From Candidatus Omnitrophota bacterium (GTDB taxonomy: Bacteria; Omnitrophota; Gorgyraeia; Gygaellales; Profunditerraquicolaceae), in contig JBAZKC010000001.1 of assembly GCA_041651035.1 (NCBI GenBank), positions 62,871 through 126,870 on the forward strand: a stretch of DNA of 64,000 bases, read 5' to 3'. The notes under the pieces were generated by a model. The model was not told the DNA's origin, did no database searches, and saw nothing but the letters and a program-made list of their open reading frames with translations. This document shows positions 47,825 through 55,536 of the stretch, piece by piece. Made by a program: the position numbers and the translations under genes. The stretch's first letter is position 1. Each line of letters opens with the position of its first letter.

Positions 47825-48172
47825 TTAAACTAATACCTCAAAAATACAATCATTGACCAGCATCTTGGAGATAACATGCTTTTCCAGTATCTTTATGGCT
47901 ACCTCTTTATTCACTGTGCCATAGACTACTGAAGGCAGGCCTACAACACTTACCTCCACCAGCGGCTCGGCATAACAGGAGCCTGCGCAGCCGCATTTCT
48001 TGATCTGGATCTGCAGGTTCCTCTTTTTTACTTCCTCAACAAAAAAATTGAAAACATCTTCGGCTCCGGCGGCAATCCCGCAACTACCCATGCCCACCTT
48101 AATCCAATCTTTGGGCTTATCAGTTGAGGCCTTATTCATCTTTTCTAAATCGCCCGGGGTTAACTTATTCAT
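47825..48172 (-). CDS. Thioredoxin-like [2Fe-2S] ferredoxin domain protein
   Basis: 115 aa with four Cys (GSCGI...KCGCAGSC). The same domain is fused to the N-terminus of the 1048-aa NuoF-like protein in the neighbouring operon. Confidence 0.6.
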   Translation of the reverse strand: MNKLTPGDLEKMNKASTDKPKDWIKVGMGSCGIAAGAEDVFNFFVEEVKKRNLQIQIKKCGCAGSCYAEPLVEVSVVGLPSVVYGTVNKEVAIKILEKHVISKMLVNDCIFEVLV

Positions 48173-48178
48173 AATCAG

Positions 48179-48652
48179 TTATTCCTCTTTAATATATTTG
48201 GATAAGATATCGGCAATCTCATCCTTTTTTACCTTACCGTATACTTTATTATCAATCATCACGACAGGGGCTAAACCGCAACAACCCAGGCACCTGACCA
48301 CATCCAGATGAAAAAGACCGTCCTTGGTAGTCCGGCCTTCTTTGACGCCTAAAATATTTTTTATTTCATCCAGGATTGCCGCCGCCCCCCGTAAATAACA
48401 GGCTGTCCCCATGCACAAGGCAATGCGATGCTTACCAGGAGGAACCAACTTAAAGAAATTATAAAAAGTAATTACCTCATAGATCCTGGCCAGCGGGACA
48501 TCTAACATCTTGGATAATTCCAATGACAACTCCCGCGGCACATAACCATGATGATTCTGGATCTCATGCAGGATCATGATTAAATTGCCTTCTTTGCCTT
48601 TCCATTGTTCTACAAGGCTGATCAATTCCGGATTAAGTTTCTTATGTTCCAT
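48179..48652 (-). CDS. hydC: NuoE-like [2Fe-2S] subunit HydC
   Basis: 157 aa. CMGTACYLRG...CLGCCGLAPV Cys pattern of the 24-kDa subunit family. Confidence 0.8.
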   Translation of the reverse strand: MEHKKLNPELISLVEQWKGKEGNLIMILHEIQNHHGYVPRELSLELSKMLDVPLARIYEVITFYNFFKLVPPGKHRIALCMGTACYLRGAAAILDEIKNILGVKEGRTTKDGLFHLDVVRCLGCCGLAPVVMIDNKVYGKVKKDEIADILSKYIKEE

Positions 48653-48789
48653 GGCTTAAGATTATTTTATTTCTATATATGATCTTTAAGTTCTTACTTT
48701 GTCTTTCTTAGAAGGGACTAAAGGCAAGAAACTCCAAAATCAGCGTAGAAATTTTACCATATCTCATCTAAAAAACAAGAGAAATCTTA

Positions 48790-50568
48790 TTAACGGGCTT
48801 CTTCTCTTTGAGTATATTGCGTATGCAATAAATGATGAGATTTCTCACCTAAGGGCCGGTCTAAAAACTCTTTGTATAAAGCCTGCACTGCCGGATTTTC
48901 ATGCGACTTTCTAAGAGGTTTATTTTTATCCTCCCGGTAAATTGCTTCCATCCTCTTTAACCTGATTTGGTTATCCGTAGGAATCGGCTGGCCTGCGCCT
49001 CCCAGGCATCCTCCGGGACAAGTCATAATCTCAATGAAGGCGTAAGGTGAATGGCCTGCTTTAACCTCCTCTAATAACGTACGCGCATTGCTTAAACTAT
49101 TAGCTACAGCCACCTTAAGTTTTAATCCGTCAATATCTACCTCGGCAACCTTAATGCCGTTTAGCCCCCTTAATTCCATAAAATCCAGCTTCTGGAGCTT
49201 TTTGCCTGTAAGCACTTCATAAGCTGTCCTTAATGCCGCCTCCATTACCCCTCCGCTTGCTCCGAAGATTACCGCAGCTCCTGTAGAGATGCCTAAAGGC
49301 TCATCAAAATCTTCACCTGCTAAGTTTACAAAATCAATCCCCGCCTCTTTAATCATAGAACTTGCTTCCCGGGTAGTCAAAACATAATCCACGTCGTAAA
49401 ATATTTCATCATCTTTAAGCTTCAATTTGTCTTTCCAATAACCAAATGCGCTTTTCATCTCAGGGCGCCTTGCCTCAAACTTCTTAGCGGTGCAGGGCAT
49501 GATCGAAACAACAACTATATTCCTGGGGTCAAGATGGCACTTCTCGGCATAATAAGTCTTGGCAATTGCCCCGAACATCTGCTGAGGGGATTTGCAGCTG
49601 GAGACGTGGCCCAATGCCTCCGGAAAAAAATGCTCGGCAAATTTTATCCATCCCGGAGAACAGGAAGTTATCATAGGAAGCAGCCCTTTATTTTTTATCC
49701 TGTCAATCAGTTCATAACCTTCTTCCATAATCGTCAGGTCAGCGGAAAATTGCGTATCAAAAACTTTTGTAAAACCTAATTTGCGTAAACTTTGGGCTAA
49801 TTTAGCCGTAACCAGGCTGCCTGCCGGCATGCCGAATTCTTCGCCGATTGCCGCCCTTACCGCAGGGGCAACCTGGACAACTACAAATTTCTTCGGGTCA
49901 GATAACGCCTGCCATACATCTTCTGTAGAATTTTTTTCAGTGATCGCGCCCGTAGGGCAAACTAAAAGGCATTGGCCGCAGTTAACGCATACGCTATTTG
50001 CCAGGCCAGAATCAAAAAATGTGGTTACCTTACTGGCCTTTCCGCGTCCGGAGAAATCAATCGCCTTAACAGTCTGGATAGCAGAACAAACAGCAACACA
50101 ACGGCCGCATAAAATACATTTATTAGGATCTCGAATAAGTGAGACGGAGGTAGTATCCAGGGGCAGCTCTATTTTTGTTGCCTTGGGAAAGCGCACTTCC
50201 TTTATTCCCATATCAGAAGCCAGTTTTCTTAATTCGCAGGTCTGGCTCCTGTCACAACAAAGGCAATCCTTAGGATGCCCGGCTAAAAGTAATTCTAAAT
50301 TTAATCTTCTGGCATTCCTTACGCGGGGGGTATTGGTAAAAATCTCCATCCCCTGGCTTACAGAAGTAACGCATGAACGCAATAAGGTCTTGGCTTTTTT
50401 TACCTCCACTAAGCAAATTGAACAGGCAGCCTCCTGGTTAATATCTTTTAAATAACACAGCGTGGGGATATTAATTCCGGCTTTTACGCAAGCTTCCAAA
50501 ATGGTCAAAGAAGCTTCGCATTCATAAGCCTTGCCGTCAATTTTTAAAGATATTTTTCTTTCTTCCAT
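48790..50568 (-). CDS. Second [FeFe]-hydrogenase-like catalytic subunit (HydA2) with L1 variant TSCSPGW
   Basis: 592 aa with the same domain layout as HydA. L2 MPCTAKK and L3 EIMTCPGGCLGG are intact. L1 reads TSCSPGW, with Ser (TCT) at the position aligned to the cubane-ligating Cys of CpI. The codon was verified on the DNA at 49657-49659. Confidence 0.8.
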   Translation of the reverse strand: MEERKISLKIDGKAYECEASLTILEACVKAGINIPTLCYLKDINQEAACSICLVEVKKAKTLLRSCVTSVSQGMEIFTNTPRVRNARRLNLELLLAGHPKDCLCCDRSQTCELRKLASDMGIKEVRFPKATKIELPLDTTSVSLIRDPNKCILCGRCVAVCSAIQTVKAIDFSGRGKASKVTTFFDSGLANSVCVNCGQCLLVCPTGAITEKNSTEDVWQALSDPKKFVVVQVAPAVRAAIGEEFGMPAGSLVTAKLAQSLRKLGFTKVFDTQFSADLTIMEEGYELIDRIKNKGLLPMITSCSPGWIKFAEHFFPEALGHVSSCKSPQQMFGAIAKTYYAEKCHLDPRNIVVVSIMPCTAKKFEARRPEMKSAFGYWKDKLKLKDDEIFYDVDYVLTTREASSMIKEAGIDFVNLAGEDFDEPLGISTGAAVIFGASGGVMEAALRTAYEVLTGKKLQKLDFMELRGLNGIKVAEVDIDGLKLKVAVANSLSNARTLLEEVKAGHSPYAFIEIMTCPGGCLGGAGQPIPTDNQIRLKRMEAIYREDKNKPLRKSHENPAVQALYKEFLDRPLGEKSHHLLHTQYTQREEAR

Positions 50569-53500
50569 CTAATTACCTTCTTTGATATCGCACCTCAAAC
50601 ATCTATTTGCTTCAGCGCAGGCCTGCTTTAAAGATAACCCCAAAGAAACCTCTCTAAAATTATTCTGCCTCTTTTTTATTTCCAGTTTCCCGCTCTCCTC
50701 TTTTTTAGATGCCTTTACCCCTAAGGGAACCTGGGATTTATATGAAAATTTACGTAAGAGCCTCGGGAACCTGTCTTCTTTACTTAAGGCCAGGTCAATT
50801 GCCCTGGCAGCTTTTTTACCATCAGACATTGCCTCAACCGCAGTCCCCGGCCCCATAACTAAATCCCCTCCGGCATAAACTTTATCCAAACTGGTCTTTA
50901 AATTAAACCTCCCTGCTTTAACTGTCCCATCCTGATTAATTAGAATGCCGCACTCCTTAATAAACTCCGCATCTACTCTTTCTCCGATTGCCAGAATTAC
51001 AGTATCACAGGGGATCTGAAAGACTTCATCAGTGGCAACCGGCTTTCTTCTTCCGGAGAGATCATAATCCCCTAAAGCCATTATCGTCGCGCTTATTCCA
51101 TTGACCTTGCCGCGGGCATCTGCCTTTATGGCTTTGGGGCCGGCTAAAAATATAAATTTAACACCCTCTAATTCCGCCCCCTTGATCTCATCTTTATTTG
51201 CCGGCATATCTTCTTTCTCTCTGCGATAAACAATAGTTACGTCACTACCTAACCTTAAAGCTGTACGCGCGGCATCAACCGCGACATTACCCGCGCCGAT
51301 TATTACCACCTTTTTCCCAATAGGCGGCTTTTTACCAACTGCTACATCTTCCAGGAATAAAATGCCTGATAATACCCCTTTAAGATTTTCTCCCGGAATG
51401 CCTAAACCCATACTCTTATAAGCCCCGGTTGCCAGAAATACGGCATCCGACTCTTTGATCTTGCTTTGTAAATTGCGCGCGCTGATTCTTTTGTTACATA
51501 AAATCTTCGCCCCCATCTTCTGCACAAAAGAAATTTCTTTCTTTAATACTGACTTTGGCAGCCGGTATTCCGGGATACCATAGCGTAAAACTCCCCCCGG
51601 CTCGGGATTAGCTTCATATATGACAACATCGTGGCCGAGACGGCTAAGATAAAAACCCGCAGTTAATCCGCTGGGCCCCGCGCCGATTATAGAAATCTTC
51701 TTGCCGGTTTTTGGTAATCTTTCCTTAAACAGGCCCTGGATAATTTTTGCTTCCTGCTTACCTTTATATATACTATCGGCAATATACCTGTGGATTTCTC
51801 CCTGCGAAACCGGATAATCAATATCCTCCCTGCGGCAGCGCATTTTACAATGAAAATGACAGATCCTGCCAGTGGAAGATGGAAAAGGGTTATCCCGGAT
51901 AATACACTCAAACGCCTCGGTTAATCTGTCTTCTTTAAATAATTCCAGAAAACCGGGGATATTCATATGCAATGGGCAGCTATTCTCACAAGGGGAGATA
52001 AAAAGTTCTGAACATATCCCGCCGTCACAACGCTGCTGTTGGATATGCTCCTCATATTCAGGCTTAAAATATCTAAGCGTAGTAAGCACAGGATTTGGCC
52101 CGGTTTGACCTAATCCGCAAAGGGCGGTATCTTTAATTGTAGCCCCTAAATCCTCTAAATCCTCTAAATCTTTCTGAGTAGCCTTACCTTTTGTGATATT
52201 AGTCAGGATGTTTAAGCTTTGGTTTAACCCTTCCCGGCAAGGAGTACATTTACCGCAGGATTCGCTGGTTGTAAATTCAGTAAAATAACGCGCCACATCA
52301 ACCATGCAATTATCATCATCCATTACTACCATGCCGCCGGATCCCATGATCGCGCCCAAAGAAGCCAGATTTTCATAATCAATCGGGGTATTAAATAATG
52401 ACGGGGGGATGCATCCTCCGGAAGGCCCGCCGCTCTGTAAGGCCTTAATCTTTTTATTTGTGCCGGTTCCTGCGCCGATATTATAAATAAGTGTCTGTAA
52501 AGTTGCTCCCAGGGGCAATTCCACCAATCCGGTATTTTTTATCTTGCCCACGAGAGAGAAAACTTTAGTTCCGGAACTATTCTGGGTTCCTGTCTGCGTA
52601 AACCAATCCGCCCCCTTGGCAATAACAACCGGGATATTGCTCCAGGTTTCGACATTATTAATATTAGTGGGCTTATCCAGATACCCTTTTTGCGCGGGAA
52701 ATGGCGGACGGGGAGTAGGCCTCCCCGAACGGCCAGCAAGAGAAGAAATTAAAGCCGTTTCTTCTCCGCAAACAAATGCGCCGGCACCTTCTACTAACTG
52801 CAGGTTAAAAGAAAACCCGCTATCAAATATATTCTCGCCCAAAAGCCCGTAATCCCGGGCATCAACAATTGCTTTTTTTATCCGCTCGACTGCCAAAGGG
52901 TATTCTGCGCGCACATAAATGATCCCGGAAGAAGCTCCCATCGCATATGCGCCGATAATCATTCCTTCTAAAAGCATGTGCGGGTCGCTTTCGCCTTCAT
53001 TACGGTTCATATACGCGCCAGGGTCTCCTTCATCAGCATTACAAATAATGTATTTTTCGCTTGAATTTTCCTTACGCATCAATTCCCATTTTATCCCGGT
53101 GGGAAAACCTGCCCCTCCCCTGCCCCTTAACTTTGATTTTTTTACTTCCGCGATCACAGCTTCCGGTTTAAGATCTCTTAGAACACTTAACAAGGACTGG
53201 TATCCACCTACGGCAATATATTCCTCTATATCTTCAGGGTTAATCAAACCGCAGTCCCTTAAAACAATTTTTTTCTGCCACTTAAAGAATGGGATCTTGT
53301 CCCAATCGGATATCTGCTTGAATCCTTTACCGTAAGAAACCTGTCCGGTAATATGATCCCAGGACTCAATTTTGCATAACGCTCTCCTGGGATTAATATT
53401 ATTACTACTCAACTCTTTAACTATAGATTCTACGTCTTTAGGTAAAACCGAGTTTAAAATAACCAGGGGTTTGCCGGGTAAGGAAATGTTAACTAACGGC

Positions 53501-53715
53501 TCTTGGGCGCAAAAACCAAAACAGCCTACTTTAGTAAGTAAGGCCGGAACTTTTCTTTTATCCAGAGCGGCGCGAAATGCCTGAAATACCTCCTCTGCGC
53601 CATTACCAATACCGCAGGTCCCCATCCCTACTGCGATACGTGGCTTATTCGGCAATATTTTCGCCAGGCCTTTTTCTCTGATTATCCTTAAATCTTCGGC
53701 GTTTTTGATTTTCAT
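50569..53715 (-). CDS. Fusion protein: thioredoxin-like [2Fe-2S] + NuoF-like (FMN/NADH, 4Fe-4S) + GltD/NfnB-like FAD/NAD(P)H oxidoreductase
   Basis: 1048 aa. N-terminal GMGTCGIG...KVGCFGFC, then GRGGAGFPT and CGKCTPCREG, then a GltD N-terminal Fe-S region (CxxxxC...C...CHFHCKMRC) and two dinucleotide folds (IIGAGPSGLTAG, VIIGAGNVAVDAART). Confidence 0.8.
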   Translation of the reverse strand: MKIKNAEDLRIIREKGLAKILPNKPRIAVGMGTCGIGNGAEEVFQAFRAALDKRKVPALLTKVGCFGFCAQEPLVNISLPGKPLVILNSVLPKDVESIVKELSSNNINPRRALCKIESWDHITGQVSYGKGFKQISDWDKIPFFKWQKKIVLRDCGLINPEDIEEYIAVGGYQSLLSVLRDLKPEAVIAEVKKSKLRGRGGAGFPTGIKWELMRKENSSEKYIICNADEGDPGAYMNRNEGESDPHMLLEGMIIGAYAMGASSGIIYVRAEYPLAVERIKKAIVDARDYGLLGENIFDSGFSFNLQLVEGAGAFVCGEETALISSLAGRSGRPTPRPPFPAQKGYLDKPTNINNVETWSNIPVVIAKGADWFTQTGTQNSSGTKVFSLVGKIKNTGLVELPLGATLQTLIYNIGAGTGTNKKIKALQSGGPSGGCIPPSLFNTPIDYENLASLGAIMGSGGMVVMDDDNCMVDVARYFTEFTTSESCGKCTPCREGLNQSLNILTNITKGKATQKDLEDLEDLGATIKDTALCGLGQTGPNPVLTTLRYFKPEYEEHIQQQRCDGGICSELFISPCENSCPLHMNIPGFLELFKEDRLTEAFECIIRDNPFPSSTGRICHFHCKMRCRREDIDYPVSQGEIHRYIADSIYKGKQEAKIIQGLFKERLPKTGKKISIIGAGPSGLTAGFYLSRLGHDVVIYEANPEPGGVLRYGIPEYRLPKSVLKKEISFVQKMGAKILCNKRISARNLQSKIKESDAVFLATGAYKSMGLGIPGENLKGVLSGILFLEDVAVGKKPPIGKKVVIIGAGNVAVDAARTALRLGSDVTIVYRREKEDMPANKDEIKGAELEGVKFIFLAGPKAIKADARGKVNGISATIMALGDYDLSGRRKPVATDEVFQIPCDTVILAIGERVDAEFIKECGILINQDGTVKAGRFNLKTSLDKVYAGGDLVMGPGTAVEAMSDGKKAARAIDLALSKEDRFPRLLRKFSYKSQVPLGVKASKKEESGKLEIKKRQNNFREVSLGLSLKQACAEANRCLRCDIKEGN

Positions 53716-54275
53716 TTCCTGCTCCTGCGCGGAGAAATACCTTTAACAATCTTACGCATTTTCTCCTTAGTCATGTGGCTATAAATATTCCCATCCACCT
53801 CAACTACCGGGGCCAGCGCGCACTGGCCAAAACAGGCAACGGTTTTAATCGTGAATTTATTATCCTTTGTTGTCAGAGATGGTTTGCCGTCTTGGCTGAA
53901 ATCATCTTCCTTAAAGCCAAATAAATTAATCAAAAAATCCAGCAGGTTTTTTGAACCGCGCGTATGGCAGGCTGTCCCGCGGCAGACAATAATCGAATGC
54001 TCTCCTTGCGGCTTAAGGTTAAAGAAGGCATAAAAAGTAATAATATTATAAATCCTGGATAAAGCTATGTTGGTTTCTTGGGCAATATACTCTAAGGTGC
54101 TTTGAGTAAGATATTTATGCTGATTTAATTTCTGGGCTTCTTCTAATATCCCCAAGATGCTTCCCGGCTTGCCTTGATACCTGGAAATAATTATATCTAA
54201 CTTTGTTTTGTCCTGTCCTAACCCTAAAAATTCTTCTTTTTTATCTTCAACCTTAATCATTTTATTTAGCTTCAA
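53712..54275 (-). CDS. NuoE-like [2Fe-2S] subunit
   Basis: 187 aa. CRGTACHTRG...CFGQCALAPV. Confidence 0.8.
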   Translation of the reverse strand: MKLNKMIKVEDKKEEFLGLGQDKTKLDIIISRYQGKPGSILGILEEAQKLNQHKYLTQSTLEYIAQETNIALSRIYNIITFYAFFNLKPQGEHSIIVCRGTACHTRGSKNLLDFLINLFGFKEDDFSQDGKPSLTTKDNKFTIKTVACFGQCALAPVVEVDGNIYSHMTKEKMRKIVKGISPRRSRK

Positions 54276-54910
54276 TTTTTTGTTACTTTAGTCTTTTCGA
54301 TGATATTAACGAAATAAATAAGATTCTCCAGCTCTATCTCAAGATTTACATTATTTATAACGCAGCCTTCTTTCTCTTTTAACTTTATAGGGGCAAAATT
54401 CAATATACCCTTTATGCCTCCGGAGATCATTTCATCCGCTACCGACTGAGCTCCTGCTTCCGGCACAGCGATAATACCAACCTTAATGTTCTGCTTTTTA
54501 ATAAACTCCTTAATGTCCTCCAGTGCCAAAACAGGGATATCCGCCTCAGGATTCAATTTAGCCGGATCATTATCAAAACAAGCGACGATCCTAATGCCTT
54601 CTTTTTCAAAACCTTTGTATTTTATTAAAGCGGTACCCAGTTTTCCTTTGCCAGCCAGAATAACCTTTTGCACCTCGTTCTTGCCGAGGATGTTATTCAT
54701 CTTGTCCAGTAATTCTTCTATTTTATAACCGCCTCTCTTATTGCCGGAAAGGCCGAAAATAGAAAAATCTTTCCTGACCTGGGAAGATGTTACATCAATG
54801 GCATCGGCGAGATTATCCGAGAAAACTTTTACAAATCCTAAGTCTTTCAAGCGATAAAGCGCGTTTTTATACCGGGATAGCCTTATAATGCAGTTTTTGT
54901 TTGTGATCAT
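54272..54910 (-). CDS. rex: Redox-sensing transcriptional repressor Rex
   Basis: 212 aa. N-terminal wHTH (RLSRYKNALYRL) and a Rossmann GKGKLG NADH-binding domain. Confidence 0.85.
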   Translation of the reverse strand: MITNKNCIIRLSRYKNALYRLKDLGFVKVFSDNLADAIDVTSSQVRKDFSIFGLSGNKRGGYKIEELLDKMNNILGKNEVQKVILAGKGKLGTALIKYKGFEKEGIRIVACFDNDPAKLNPEADIPVLALEDIKEFIKKQNIKVGIIAVPEAGAQSVADEMISGGIKGILNFAPIKLKEKEGCVINNVNLEIELENLIYFVNIIEKTKVTKN

Positions 54911-54911
54911 A

Positions 54912-54929
54912 TTGTTATTTTTTTCACAA
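54912..54929. promoter_or_regulatory. Rex-box-like palindrome TTGTTAT-TTTT-TTCACAA immediately upstream of the rex ATG
   Basis: Matches the 18-bp TTGTGAA-N4-TTCACAA Rex consensus at 16 of 18 positions. Confidence 0.5.
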
Positions 54930-54973
54930 TATATTTTAATTATAACGTCAGCTATATTTTTGTCAAGGATTTT

Positions 54974-54991
54974 TTGTGATTTATTTCACAA
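54974..54991. promoter_or_regulatory. Rex-box palindrome TTGTGAT-TTAT-TTCACAA
   Basis: Matches the Rex consensus at 17 of 18 positions. Lies 64-81 bp upstream of the rex start. Confidence 0.6.
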
Positions 54992-55017
54992 TAAGTAAAA
55001 ATGAACTTATTCATTTA

Positions 55018-55533
55018 TTACGCTCCTTTTTGTAGAAATGATAGCAATGATTGTATGATTACCAGCGGGCTTGGCGGGCACCCCGGAATATGTAATACCA
55101 CCGGTAATATATTTCCTACCGCGCCTTCGACATAATAAGAATCTTTAAAAATCCCGCCATTTAACGCACAGTCTCCGGCGGTAATAACAAATTTGGGCTC
55201 AGGCATGGATTCGTAAGTCTTTTTTAACGCCAGGCACATATTCTTAGATACGGGGCCGGTAACCAAAAGCGCGTCTGCGTGGCGCGGAGAAGCAACGAAA
55301 TTTATCCCGAACCGCCCTAGATCGTAAATAGGGTTATTCGCCGCGGCGATCTCCGATTCACAGGCTCCGCAAGAACCGGAATCTAGCTGGCGTATATGCA
55401 AAGACCTGCCGAATCTTTTCCGGATCAAAAGCTTCAATTCCGGTCCGGCTGATTCTATCTGGCGGGATAATCCCGGCTCAATATGCCTGGTTACAACGCC
55501 TTTTAATATCCTATTCCTTAATATATGTATCAT
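55018..55533 (-). CDS. NuoB / group-4 hydrogenase small-subunit-like protein (proximal 4Fe-4S Cys retained)
   Basis: 171 aa. SCGAC...GDCALNGG...IPGCPP. Confidence 0.75.
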   Translation of the reverse strand: MIHILRNRILKGVVTRHIEPGLSRQIESAGPELKLLIRKRFGRSLHIRQLDSGSCGACESEIAAANNPIYDLGRFGINFVASPRHADALLVTGPVSKNMCLALKKTYESMPEPKFVITAGDCALNGGIFKDSYYVEGAVGNILPVVLHIPGCPPSPLVIIQSLLSFLQKGA

Positions 55534-55536
55534 ATT

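Noticed and set aside
48653-48789. Rex box upstream of the canonical hydC-hydB-hydA operon
   Set aside because: Scanned for TTGTGA/TCACAA half-sites and found none. A TATTGC-N4-GCAATA dyad at 48814-48829 lies inside the HydA2 coding 3' end and is imperfect.
49781-50455. 224-aa plus-strand ORF inside HydA2
   Set aside because: Antisense to a gene with intact H-cluster L2/L3 motifs. No recognisable domain.
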